A DNA stretch of 54,558 nucleotides from a virus. Lineage: Duplodnaviria > Caudoviricetes. The translations under genes and the position numbers were made by a program. Of the stretch, positions 44,696-53,754 are shown piece after piece. Where the stretch lies: IMG/VR virus record IMGVR_UViG_3300017991_000137, positions 1-54,558 of that record, one strand, 5' to 3'. Every line of letters starts with the position of its first letter. Positions within the stretch are counted from its first letter, which is position 1. The notes beneath the pieces were generated by a model that was not told where the DNA came from, did no database searches, and saw only the letters and a program-made list of their open reading frames with translations.

Positions 44696-45365
44696 GCTGG
44701 ATCCGCAAAAGATCAAGCAGTATGCGAAATACTGGCATGCGATAACCCCGCACACCGACGAAGAGCGTTGGAAGCGGTGGATATTTGCACTCTGCTCTGC
44801 CCAGCTAAACTGGCAGCAGAATGTGGAAGCATACCAGGCAATAATGACGATGCCATGGGCGACGAAAGACGAGCTCGTGGAGGTACTCGTAGGCAGCCGC
44901 AGCGGTATGTATAATTCCAATGCGAAATGCGTATGTAAATTTGATGCGTTGCATAAGGCACAGCTGAAAAAGCTGGGATACAATCGTCTGCTGGGCCACA
45001 TCAACAATGCTGGCTATGACAATTGGACCCGCTGGCGCGACAACTTCGTGGAGAAGGGACTCGTTTTCGGCGCTGGCCCCAAAGTCGCATCATTCGGAAT
45101 GGAGTTATGCCACCCTGACGACTGCCGTGTTATTGCCGCAGATGTGCACCTCCTACGGCTGTACGGCGTACCCAAAGACGAAGGTGGTAAGCTAGCCACC
45201 TACAAGCGCGTGGAAGATCACTGGGTGTCGCGATGTGACATCTACGGATATTCTCCCATTATGGCTCGCCACGTCTGGTGGGACAGCCTACACGACGAGG
45301 ACAGTACACGATACTGGTCCCACATATTCGAGCCCGCGGGGCTTGAACCCGCAAAGATCGTATAG
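44655..45365 (+). CDS. HhH DNA glycosylase, 8-oxoguanine glycosylase (Ogg)-like
   Basis: FALCSAQ, GAGPKVASF (catalytic Lys position), AADVHLLR (catalytic Asp position), Y..VE. Confidence 0.7.
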   Translation: MRLKKKPAEQAIDELDPQKIKQYAKYWHAITPHTDEERWKRWIFALCSAQLNWQQNVEAYQAIMTMPWATKDELVEVLVGSRSGMYNSNAKCVCKFDALHKAQLKKLGYNRLLGHINNAGYDNWTRWRDNFVEKGLVFGAGPKVASFGMELCHPDDCRVIAADVHLLRLYGVPKDEGGKLATYKRVEDHWVSRCDIYGYSPIMARHVWWDSLHDEDSTRYWSHIFEPAGLEPAKIV

Positions 45366-45377
45366 TAAGCTTGGTAT

Positions 45378-45896
45378 ATGAGCAAAAAGAAGAAACACCT
45401 GTTCCAAATCCGAAGGAAGACATCTCGCGGCAAGGAGCGAGATCCTTTCTACAGTCCCGAGCGAGACATTGCCCACATCGGGCCGAGCCTCGCTTATGGC
45501 GCCATGGTTGCCCTCGAAGAAGAGCATTGGGAACCGTGGCTACGTGAGTTCTTGGAGGACAACGGAGTCACTTATGAGGACCTCGTCGTCACTGAGGCAC
45601 CAAAGCAATTTGCCTCGGCCTTGAACCAAATCATCAAACTGGAGAATCCAGTTGTGGCGATGGAGAAGGCTGGCTTCGACCAGCTAGCTCCCGCCATCCA
45701 AATGCTGTTTTACGCACGGCTCGGCCAGGTATGCCTGGCGGCTATTTGGGCCGGCGTAAAAGATGTCAGTCAAGCGGATGATGAACCCCCAGCCACGATC
45801 CGTGAGCTGCTGGAGGATGTAGAACACGCCATGGATGGTATCTTGCGAGTGCCAGAGGACGACGATGAGGAGCAGGACGATGATGCCGCAGTTTAA
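45378..45896 (+). CDS. Hypothetical protein
   Basis: Long ORF; TTGAAC-17-TAAGCT promoter just upstream. Confidence 0.7.
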   Translation: MSKKKKHLFQIRRKTSRGKERDPFYSPERDIAHIGPSLAYGAMVALEEEHWEPWLREFLEDNGVTYEDLVVTEAPKQFASALNQIIKLENPVVAMEKAGFDQLAPAIQMLFYARLGQVCLAAIWAGVKDVSQADDEPPATIRELLEDVEHAMDGILRVPEDDDEEQDDDAAV

Positions 45897-46740
45897 GACG
45901 GCAGTCCGGCTTGCCCTTGCACGCCCTAATCAACTTGTAGCACTCATGTCCAGGACTTGGTTCAAAGAGTTTGCCCAACGGTTCAATTTCCCCGCAAACT
46001 ACACCACCGTCGACTTGGAGACGACCGGCGTCAGCCCGGAAGAGCATATGATTTGCTCGATCGGGCACACGCGGGTCCGTAACCACGAGATTGTGGAAAC
46101 CAAGGAGGTCTATCTCAACTGGCCTGAATACCCTGGTATCGACCATGAGAAAATGCAGCAGGATCTCTACAACGTGGAGAAGGCCATGCTTCGGCGTGGT
46201 AAGTCCTTCTTCCACTCGTGGGACACCCTGCGGTGCGAAGGCGAAGAGCCTATCGCGACACTCCAGCACTACCTCGAAATGTTCGAGGACATGGAGCAAC
46301 GCAAAGAAGTGCTGATCGCCCATAACGGGTGGCGCTTCGACTGCGAGTTCTTCCAATCCCACTTCCACAACTTCCTGCGGATCCCGTTCACCTTCCACCC
46401 GGATCTGGTGTACGACACAGGCATCTGCGAGAAGGCATCCCAGCTCGACGACATCGACGACCCGCTGCCGGCTCCAGGAGAGACGATGCAGCAATGGGCG
46501 TGGCGGATCGGGGAGTTGCGGCGACGTGGCGTTCTGTGGGCGCTGGACAAGCATTGCGACGAAACGTACGGACTGTTCAAGAAGGCTGGACTCGATACGA
46601 GTGCTGCCCACGCCGCTGGCGCTGACAGTCTGGTACTGCACTATCTTTTCCAAGAGCACCGTCGCCTGGCTGGTCTCGCTGACCAGCTGGATGGTGTCAC
46701 AGACACACCTCAAATCGTCGAGGAAGATGCCCAAGGTTGA
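45880..46740 (+). CDS. DEDDh 3'-5' exonuclease (DnaQ-like)
   Basis: VDLETTG, AHNGWRFD, YDT, AHAAGAD. Confidence 0.85.
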   Translation: MMPQFKTAVRLALARPNQLVALMSRTWFKEFAQRFNFPANYTTVDLETTGVSPEEHMICSIGHTRVRNHEIVETKEVYLNWPEYPGIDHEKMQQDLYNVEKAMLRRGKSFFHSWDTLRCEGEEPIATLQHYLEMFEDMEQRKEVLIAHNGWRFDCEFFQSHFHNFLRIPFTFHPDLVYDTGICEKASQLDDIDDPLPAPGETMQQWAWRIGELRRRGVLWALDKHCDETYGLFKKAGLDTSAAHAAGADSLVLHYLFQEHRRLAGLADQLDGVTDTPQIVEEDAQG

Positions 46741-47353
46741 ACGCTACCGCGAGCCGGAGGAACTCTCCGAGAAGCTCAGCGGACTGAAGAAGGGGCACGT
46801 TCGTGCGTTAGGTGTCGACCTCGGGAACAACTGCGGAGTTGCGTACTGCGACTTCGATCCCCGTAAACCCATCGACTGGGACAAGATCCAGATGGTGGGC
46901 GGGCAGTTGGACCTGAAGGTTGCACCATATGAGACTGGGCCGCTGCGACACGTGCGGCTCAAACACTTCCTTTTCGTCCTGAGCCCGAGCATCATCGGGT
47001 TCGAAGACGTCAAGAATACACCGTCCGAGGCTATGTACGGCGGAAAGAAGCTTGGTATCATCGTGGCGCGTATCGCCAATGCTGCTGAGCTGCTGGGTGG
47101 CCTCAAAATCACCATGACTACCTGGGCTGAAGAACAAGGTGTACCAGCTGTGAGCTGGTCCATTTCTGAGATCAAGAAGTGGGCGACCGGCAAAGGCAAT
47201 GCCGGGAAGCCAGCCATGATCAAAGCCGCCAACAAGAAATTTCGGGTCGAGCTCGATCCGGAGAATTTCCAGACCAGCGGTACCGACAACATCGCCGATG
47301 CGATGCATGCCTGTGCCATGACGGTCGAGACCTATGCCAAGGGTCTAAAATAG
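46727..47353 (+). CDS. ruvC: RuvC-like Holliday junction resolvase
   Basis: LGVDLG, GFED, IKKWATGKGNAGK, DNIADA. Confidence 0.85.
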   Translation: MPKVERYREPEELSEKLSGLKKGHVRALGVDLGNNCGVAYCDFDPRKPIDWDKIQMVGGQLDLKVAPYETGPLRHVRLKHFLFVLSPSIIGFEDVKNTPSEAMYGGKKLGIIVARIANAAELLGGLKITMTTWAEEQGVPAVSWSISEIKKWATGKGNAGKPAMIKAANKKFRVELDPENFQTSGTDNIADAMHACAMTVETYAKGLK

Positions 47354-47369
47354 TTCTCAGGAACAAAAT
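47348..47369. promoter_or_regulatory. 22-bp palindrome copy 7 (AAATAGTTC-TCAG-GAACAAAAT)
   Basis: At the ruvC stop, directly before the TTGACTT tandem repeats. Confidence 0.7.
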
Positions 47370-47403
47370 TGACTTTTTGACTTTTGACTTTTGACTTTAA
47401 CTT
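47369..47403 (+). repeat. Tandem TTGACTT(T) x4 plus one degenerate unit
   Basis: TTGACTTTTTGACTTTTGACTTTTGACTTTAACTT before the GGAGG RBS. Confidence 0.8.
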
Positions 47404-47413
47404 GGAGGGAAAG

Positions 47414-48136
47414 ATGGCAAAACCATCGACGATCTTTGTAGGCGCCACCATCGGTGTCGCCACTGACTGGGCACAGTTCGTGTCCGACGTGAAAATCTCG
47501 AAGTCGGTGACTCGGGAGAAGACCAAGGAGGAGCACCGTGAGCGTGGCGTCAAGCTTCGTCACGAGCAAGCGGCAGCCCTTCCAGCGGCCTACCCCGATT
47601 CCACCATCCCAAACATCACGGCCTTCGAGGACAACCAGCTGTACTATCCCGGTACCGCTGTGTTGGCGTCCGCCTATGTGATGGACAACGACGGAAACGT
47701 CCTCTACTCCCAAGCCGCGCCGGCTCCGCACGAGCGAGGCAAGGTGGCTCTGCCGCTCTTGCGCTTCCTCATGGAGACGTTCCCGCGGCAGTTCGGCAAT
47801 TCGCTGCGTCACAGCGATGCAGAGCCCGATAGCATCATCTTCGGGTTCAACATCCGCGAAGTGCTGCGGATCGCCGCGGTCGAGGTCCTCAAGCGTAATG
47901 CCGAGGATCCCGATCACGCTACGGTCGTCCCGGTACGCCTGTGGCACAACCCGATCGGGTGTTACGACCCGCTCGACGTGGTGCTGCCGACCAACTGCCG
48001 GAAGAGTTTTGACTTGTACAGCCTGTTCAAGTATCTTGGTATCGAGGTGGACGACAAGTTCATCACGAATGCCGAGCAACTGGCTAAGAAGGCACAAGCA
48101 ATCGCCATCAAGGCGCAGCTGTTCGTGCCGGAGTAA
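47414..48136 (+). CDS. Hypothetical protein, possibly an inactive PolB-type exonuclease fold
   Basis: GGAGG RBS; IIFGFNI...YDPLDV...LFKYLG is only a weak resemblance. Confidence 0.6.
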   Translation: MAKPSTIFVGATIGVATDWAQFVSDVKISKSVTREKTKEEHRERGVKLRHEQAAALPAAYPDSTIPNITAFEDNQLYYPGTAVLASAYVMDNDGNVLYSQAAPAPHERGKVALPLLRFLMETFPRQFGNSLRHSDAEPDSIIFGFNIREVLRIAAVEVLKRNAEDPDHATVVPVRLWHNPIGCYDPLDVVLPTNCRKSFDLYSLFKYLGIEVDDKFITNAEQLAKKAQAIAIKAQLFVPE

Positions 48137-48168
48137 AACACACTCTCGCGACGGTCGTCAAACCATTG

Positions 48169-48266
48169 ATCATCGGTAGCGACGGTAGCTCGAGGGCTCA
48201 TAACCCTCGGTTCTCCGGTTTTTATGGTGTTGTCCGGAGATCGGGTTCGATTCCCTAGGATGACCA
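48169..48266 (+). tRNA. Aberrant tRNA-Met(CAT)-like element with a very large variable arm
   Basis: Anticodon arm GAGGG-CTCATAA-CCCTC; T arm GGG-TTCGATT-CCC; D arm AGC-GACGGTA-GCT; imperfect acceptor TCATC/GATGA followed by CCA. Confidence 0.6.
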
Positions 48267-48293
48267 ATGACCATGACCGATGCCATGGGGTCC

Positions 48294-48323
48294 AGGCAGG
48301 CCGCGGGCACCCGCGGCCTGCCT
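48294..48323. repeat. Perfect GC-rich inverted repeat
   Basis: AGGCAGGCCGCGGG-CA-CCCGCGGCCTGCCT. Confidence 0.75.
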
Positions 48324-48342
48324 CCCTTAGCAGGAGAAAACA

Positions 48343-49077
48343 ATGGAACTATTCAACCCGGGTAAAGACTGGACGGAAAAGATTGAGACTTCGGCGATGT
48401 CGACGATCTCGACCCGCTTCGCCCTGTCTGAAATGGCAGAGGAGTGGCACTTCTTCAATCATGGTGCCATCTTCACGTATACCAATATGCAGCATGACCC
48501 GGTCGCCGAATGGTACGCACAGCAGCGTCCCGGCACCAAGTTGATGCGGCAGCCATTTAAGAAGCCCGTCTTCCAAGGGTTGGATAAGGAGACGCTGCGG
48601 GGCTTGCCCTGGAACAATGTGGTCTGCGCCGTCGGTCATGACGCGTGGCCATCGTTGTCAGAGCATCTCGGTGGCGTAGCCATCCTCGACCACAAGGCCG
48701 AGGAGTACTTTCAGGTCTTCTCCGGAGACCTCGAAATCTTGGATCCGGTGCTGGCCGAGAGGTACAGCGTATTCCATCCGGACATCCCGAAGATTACAAT
48801 CACAGTGTTCTGCGTCGATGGCAGCAAAAACCGCTGGGAGGTCGTGGACATGGGCATTCCGACTCCGCCCAGGTTCATACGGCGTCCACCTCGACAGGAG
48901 GTCATCGATATGGGGAAGGTTGTCCTCAAGGGCGACCTCCAACAGCTGCAGCACAAGGATAGTCCAAGTTTCAAACCGCTTCTGGAGAAATACGATGCGC
49001 ACAAACTTGAAGCTCCCAACAGTCATGGAGGGCCACTGGACCTTACAGGACGAAAAGGGAAACAGCATCGCGACTAG
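48343..49077 (+). CDS. Hypothetical protein
   Basis: AGGAG RBS. Confidence 0.75.
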   Translation: MELFNPGKDWTEKIETSAMSTISTRFALSEMAEEWHFFNHGAIFTYTNMQHDPVAEWYAQQRPGTKLMRQPFKKPVFQGLDKETLRGLPWNNVVCAVGHDAWPSLSEHLGGVAILDHKAEEYFQVFSGDLEILDPVLAERYSVFHPDIPKITITVFCVDGSKNRWEVVDMGIPTPPRFIRRPPRQEVIDMGKVVLKGDLQQLQHKDSPSFKPLLEKYDAHKLEAPNSHGGPLDLTGRKGKQHRD

Positions 49078-49303
49078 CAAGGAGTTCCAAAACGCCGTGC
49101 TGGTCATCGAGCCGTTCTTTTACTCTGGGCAGGGCACGCAGATTGCCGCCCAGGTCGAGACCAAAGGCAAAGGCGGCAGGAAGGTCAAACAGGTGGTACG
49201 CATCTCGTCGAGCACCGGCAAGATGACTGCAGAGAACTTCGACAAGAAGCCGAAGCGGATCGACCCGTCTTTTGACCGCCCCGCCCCGCAACCCAAGGAG
49301 TAA
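49025..49303 (+). CDS. Small hypothetical protein (start uncertain: ATG 49025 or ATC 49067)
   Basis: The 3' part has typical codon usage and fills the gap. Confidence 0.55.
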   Translation: MEGHWTLQDEKGNSIATSKEFQNAVLVIEPFFYSGQGTQIAAQVETKGKGGRKVKQVVRISSSTGKMTAENFDKKPKRIDPSFDRPAPQPKE

Positions 49304-49306
49304 TAG

Positions 49307-49918
49307 ATGTCCGACGAACCCCCGATCCCGGCACCCGATCCTGCACTGATGGAGGCATCTATGGAGGCGTTCCGCAACGGCGAGACCAGGACCGCCAACG
49401 AGATCCTCACGGAGATCCGGGAGCAAAACAAGGAGAAGCCTGTCGAGCTCTCGCAAGATGCCCTACTCGCCATTCTTCGGCGTATGAGTCAGGCATTCAA
49501 ACTCGTCGAGAACACGATCACCGGCGACTTCGTCGGCACCATCTATATCGTGTACGGCAAGACCAACTGCGACGAGCTACCCGTCACACGCAAGTTTGAC
49601 GACGAATCGGAAGCCGCCGCGTTTGTCAACGAATGCCGAGCAGCGCAAGCAGGCGATCCTGACCACAAGCATTTCATCCAAATCTTCTACGGGCAACGAT
49701 GGCTGATCCAGAAAGGTCAACATTGGCATCTCTGGACAGGTAAGAAGGCCATTCCTATCGAGGGCGGCGACATCCTGCCGTTTGTCGACAGTAGTGGCAC
49801 ACTTACCGACGAAGCCAACGCCGCACCAAGCGAACGATATCCCGACAATGGCGAGGTCGAGATCGTGCCCGACGTCAGCGACACACGAGTCGTGGGAGAA
49901 GAGTCCGAAGAGGACTAA
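49307..49918 (+). CDS. Hypothetical protein
   Basis: AAGGAG RBS. Confidence 0.75.
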   Translation: MSDEPPIPAPDPALMEASMEAFRNGETRTANEILTEIREQNKEKPVELSQDALLAILRRMSQAFKLVENTITGDFVGTIYIVYGKTNCDELPVTRKFDDESEAAAFVNECRAAQAGDPDHKHFIQIFYGQRWLIQKGQHWHLWTGKKAIPIEGGDILPFVDSSGTLTDEANAAPSERYPDNGEVEIVPDVSDTRVVGEESEED

Positions 49919-49948
49919 TCGAACACGCGTCCAAAACGAGGCATTATA

Positions 49949-49979
49949 AGGTACCAGCTTAACACCTGGTACCTTTTTT
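49949..49979 (+). terminator. Intrinsic terminator
   Basis: AAGGTACCAG-N8-CTGGTACCTT then TTT; the stem can extend via CAAAACGA/TCGTTTTG. Confidence 0.7.
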
Positions 49980-50018
49980 CGTTTTGTGTTCCTGACCCTT
50001 TAGATAAGGAGGTGTCAT

Positions 50019-50267
50019 GTGAGTGTAGCTTCAGCGGAAGTTCGCAAACTTCCCAGGAACCACCCGCGTCCCAAGTACAAGAAAACCTATACGAAGAAAG
50101 GCAATTTGGGAACTGTGCGGGTGGTAGTATACGCGGTGCATTTTCCGGGATCCGAGATACTGCCTACTACCGTGGCAGGCGGACTCCCAAAAGAGGAAAT
50201 GCCAGAAGAGTTGTTCGAGGAGCTTTGGCCACGCATTGCCCCTAGTAATAGGGTTCGTGCCGGCTGA
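50019..50267 (+). CDS. Small hypothetical protein
   Basis: TAAGGAGG RBS plus GTG start. Confidence 0.6.
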   Translation: MSVASAEVRKLPRNHPRPKYKKTYTKKGNLGTVRVVVYAVHFPGSEILPTTVAGGLPKEEMPEELFEELWPRIAPSNRVRAG

Positions 50268-50284
50268 CCTCCGACACCGATGAG

Positions 50285-51829
50285 GTGAAAGTGTCAATGG
50301 ATGAAGTTAGACGACTTCAAATTGGCGGCGCTCAAGCCGCCGTAAATGTACGCGAAACTGTCGACGAGGCTCCGGAGACGACTGATGTCGCTGCGGAGAT
50401 GGCCGAACAAATGTTCGCTGCATATACCAAAGGCTCCACCTGGCCCAAAGAACTGATGGCTGGGAAGAATGGAGTCGACATCGTTCAGTCAATTAGGCTA
50501 TTCGCGCAGAAAGTTCAAGCGAAGAAGAACGCCGACGGCAAGCCGCTTCTGAATCCACTGGAATTGGAAGACGTAGTTGCACGATCGAGTGCTTCTCTTA
50601 CGCTGCCGCTGCAGCATCTCTGCCGATGGACCGTTCTGGTTCGCATCGGTGTCAGGAAGCATCAGCGGGACATTCTGGGTTTCGTGGCTATGGTGCCCAT
50701 GCCGCCGTGTGGATCGGTCAAGCTCAGCCGACCCGCGGACCATCTCGGCAAGACGCACTATGTCTTAACCCATGTATACGGAGATAGGCTTGTTTGCCGG
50801 GGCTATTCTATGCGGGTCACCAATCAAGGTGAGTGCATCCTCGGCGGGCAGGAAGGAAACAAGTGGCTTAAAGACCTCTGGCTCGCGCCAGGTCTTCAGT
50901 CCGTCTCTTCGCTGGTAGCGGCCAAACGTAGAAAGATGGTGCCCAGCGGAGACTCGAAACTGTGTCCACGGGAAGAGCAGAGCGTCCAGGCGATCTGCGA
51001 CGTACAGCGTCGTAAGATCGAGAAAAAGCGTAAAGCTGCCGGGCTGCAGTCCGACAACTTTGGTGGCGCTCATGGAGCTCGACTCGACCTAGAGAACAAG
51101 GCCATCATGACCTCAGCACTATCCTGCGTGCGCGCCTTGCTGGCACAGGCGATCGCGTACAAGGAAGATCAACTCCTTGACGAGATCGCCGGCCGCAACG
51201 GCTGCCTGAAGCACGAGGTTATCGAAAACCCGTCGCTTGCTGGGCAAGAGGAGGAGGCATTCAAGCTGCACCTGCAAAGGCGTAAGCATGCATACACCTC
51301 CTTCTCGCAATGTGGGTCGTTCGCCATCCCGAGCGCCTACATGGTATTCTCGCCATCGACGTGCCCCAAGCACATTCCAGACGAGGAGAAGATCGAGTTG
51401 ACCGGTATTACCGGCGTCGCGGTCAGCTTCAAGTTCTTGGCCACGCGTTACGATGTGGAGAACCTCCGTAAGAGTCCTGCTGCGTTGCCTGAGGTAGAAG
51501 ATCTCTCGCCTCTGGTCGACGCCTGTGGCGTCTCGACAATCAATGGCAAACGTGTCATGGATTACGAGCTGGTGCAGAAGGGCGACGGAGCCAGTGCCGC
51601 TGACTACATGCGGTACACACTGAATGGGGTCCAGGAACCCAGAGAGATGCCCCATGCCGACTTCCTACGTCGCACATCGGTTAGGTTCATTCCGATGGTC
51701 GTAGACTTCCAGAGACGACGATTATATCCGGAGGACTTGCAAGGCACCGACGACGGTGTCCGGTTCGAGTTATCCCATGAAGACGTCAATCCGAGGTTTA
51801 CCCGATGTCAGAAGGCGAAATCACAGTAG
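50285..51829 (+). CDS. Large hypothetical protein (514 aa)
   Basis: Long ORF with no recognised motif; start may be ATG 50297. Confidence 0.75.
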   Translation: MKVSMDEVRRLQIGGAQAAVNVRETVDEAPETTDVAAEMAEQMFAAYTKGSTWPKELMAGKNGVDIVQSIRLFAQKVQAKKNADGKPLLNPLELEDVVARSSASLTLPLQHLCRWTVLVRIGVRKHQRDILGFVAMVPMPPCGSVKLSRPADHLGKTHYVLTHVYGDRLVCRGYSMRVTNQGECILGGQEGNKWLKDLWLAPGLQSVSSLVAAKRRKMVPSGDSKLCPREEQSVQAICDVQRRKIEKKRKAAGLQSDNFGGAHGARLDLENKAIMTSALSCVRALLAQAIAYKEDQLLDEIAGRNGCLKHEVIENPSLAGQEEEAFKLHLQRRKHAYTSFSQCGSFAIPSAYMVFSPSTCPKHIPDEEKIELTGITGVAVSFKFLATRYDVENLRKSPAALPEVEDLSPLVDACGVSTINGKRVMDYELVQKGDGASAADYMRYTLNGVQEPREMPHADFLRRTSVRFIPMVVDFQRRRLYPEDLQGTDDGVRFELSHEDVNPRFTRCQKAKSQ

Positions 51830-52074
51830 TAAATTACCGCGGCGGCGGTGACGCTGCTGTGTGGCTGGACAAAGTATGCGAGCTCGAGCCCGTGCTCTTG
51901 CCGCTCTGGCCAGCTGATTACCCGGAGTTCCTGTGCGTCTATATGTCGCCCAGCGGGGAACTCGGTGTCCCCTCTACACGTTCAGCGATGATGTCGGTTA
52001 TCGGACCGGATCATCTCTGGTTCTGTCGCGTGCCTAGGGCCGAATTTGCGGCCCAGACAGACCTTGAGGAGTAA
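51805..52074 (+). CDS. Hypothetical protein
   Basis: GAGG RBS. Confidence 0.6.
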   Translation: MSEGEITVVNYRGGGDAAVWLDKVCELEPVLLPLWPADYPEFLCVYMSPSGELGVPSTRSAMMSVIGPDHLWFCRVPRAEFAAQTDLEE

Positions 52075-52077
52075 CCT

Positions 52078-52239
52078 ATGAGTATGGAAATTGGCATCCA
52101 AGAGGCTATTGCCACCCTTCGCGCTTCGGAGAATCCTAACCCATTACACGAGGCCGAAGTTGAATGGATGATCCATCAGCATGGCTTCGAGGAAGAAGAT
52201 CTCCCTGGCGCTCTGGAAACGGAAGCCTCAGAGGAGTAA
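52078..52239 (+). CDS. Small acidic protein (53 aa, not in ORF track)
   Basis: GAGGAG RBS; MSMEIGIQEAIATLRASENPNPLHEAEVEWMIHQHGFEEEDLPGALETEASEE. Confidence 0.6.
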   Translation: MSMEIGIQEAIATLRASENPNPLHEAEVEWMIHQHGFEEEDLPGALETEASEE

Positions 52240-52243
52240 ACTC

Positions 52244-52282
52244 AATCCCAGGGCAGTTTCGTCGCTGCCCTGGGATTTTTTT
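52244..52282 (+). terminator. Intrinsic terminator closing the replication region
   Basis: AATCCCAGGGCAG-N8-CTGCCCTGGGATT then TTTTT. Confidence 0.88.
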
Positions 52283-52339
52283 AGCTATTGTTGCTAGCAG
52301 CCTCATGGAGTAGGCTGGTGTTGACAGGAAAGGAAGCCA

Positions 52340-53446
52340 ATGCCTCTCACAGCAATAGAACTCTCTCGTGGTGATGTTGCCGAGCACAAGTCAAGGCTGA
52401 CACCCGATGAGTATCACGACCCAACGGAGGAGAATCTCCCGCTGACTGGACGAAGCATGGCGAGTGCCCTACCGCCCGGTATTCAGGGTGCCCACGGCAC
52501 GATCGTCAAGAAGTCCACCATCGACGGAGCTCCGATCGGATATGACCCTTATGCTGTAGCCACGCGGATCAACGTCGATCCCGATATCCAGGGCTACGGT
52601 TTCGTCATGGACCCGTCTGCATTGACCGACGCAGGGCTGCAACAAGCAGTCAACGAGTTCGGCATTCGACAGGCCACCGACGAGAAAGACCAACGTGAGC
52701 GTGCTGCGGATCTGCTGGCCCAGTATGCCATTACGAATAGGCTAGACAGGCCGGCACAAGCAGCAGAGCGTCGTCGGGAAGCACCAGTTCCGCTTCCAGG
52801 CTCGTACGTCGTGCCCAAAGCCACCGAAGGAGGAGGCCAGGTAAAGATGGCAGAGCAGCAACCTGCAGCGGCAGCCCCGCAAGGTGTGCCGACAACACGT
52901 CGGCCCGAGACAGTCATCCCAGATCCGGGATTCACACAGCCACCAAACTATCAGAGTCCGCCGCAGCCTGCGTCGTTCTCCACACAAGGCCGGTCGCAGC
53001 CGCCCGCGCCGCAACAGACTGCACCGCAGCCGCAACAGCCACCACCCACGTCGATGTTCGAGCAGGCATCTGGTGTACCCCCAGCGCCGGTAGCCTCGAC
53101 ACATCCAGCGCCGCCTCTCGCCAACGACGCACCGACGTACAAGGTCGAGTTCGAGATCGAGAACGGCGATGGCGCCATCGAGTCGTGGTATCATGAAGTG
53201 GTCCGTGACGGCCACATCCTGGTCCTCTGCTACGACATCCGTGTCCGCGGCTATCCGCGGATCAAGCTGCGATCGACGTCGAAGGACATCGCCATCCACA
53301 TCGATGGAAGCGACGTCTTCTACATCGCCACCGACCCGGAGATCAAGTTCGTCCATGAGGCGAGCGGCATGGAGTATCAGATCTTCCTGATCAAACAAGA
53401 GCATCCGTACAACGTAGCTGGCGGTGCTATCACTCAGGAAGGATAG
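52340..53446 (+). CDS. Hypothetical protein with Pro/Gln-rich linker
   Basis: AAGGA RBS; first gene of the portal-containing unit. Confidence 0.75.
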   Translation: MPLTAIELSRGDVAEHKSRLTPDEYHDPTEENLPLTGRSMASALPPGIQGAHGTIVKKSTIDGAPIGYDPYAVATRINVDPDIQGYGFVMDPSALTDAGLQQAVNEFGIRQATDEKDQRERAADLLAQYAITNRLDRPAQAAERRREAPVPLPGSYVVPKATEGGGQVKMAEQQPAAAAPQGVPTTRRPETVIPDPGFTQPPNYQSPPQPASFSTQGRSQPPAPQQTAPQPQQPPPTSMFEQASGVPPAPVASTHPAPPLANDAPTYKVEFEIENGDGAIESWYHEVVRDGHILVLCYDIRVRGYPRIKLRSTSKDIAIHIDGSDVFYIATDPEIKFVHEASGMEYQIFLIKQEHPYNVAGGAITQEG

Positions 53447-53472
53447 GCTACCCGTATGCGTCGAGAAGGTGT

Positions 53473-53739
53473 ATGATGAAGCCTAAATCGGTGAAATCAA
53501 AGGCAAAACGCTGCGCGCCCTCGCTAGACGAGATGGAACGCATCGACACTCTCGATTGGGAGCACGACATGATGGAAAAACAAGGCGTAGTCCGCCCGGG
53601 CGTAACACCCGAGGTCAAGGACGAGAAGAAGAAGGAAAAGACGGCAGCCGACGCAGCAGCAAGCTGCATCAAGGAAGTCACTCGCCAGCTGGAGGACGAT
53701 CCTGTGAAGCGGTTGTCCGATCAAGCCTCGCGCGACTAA
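53473..53739 (+). CDS. Small charged hypothetical protein
   Basis: Upstream of the portal gene; start may be the later MMEK (GGGAG RBS). Confidence 0.55.
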   Translation: MMKPKSVKSKAKRCAPSLDEMERIDTLDWEHDMMEKQGVVRPGVTPEVKDEKKKEKTAADAAASCIKEVTRQLEDDPVKRLSDQASRD

Positions 53740-53754
53740 CCACAGGATGATCCC

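Noticed and set aside
50404-50417. Perfect Gram-positive LexA (Cheo) box CGAAC-AAAT-GTTCG
   Set aside because: Single copy, inside a coding region, and opposite arm order to the 7-copy family.
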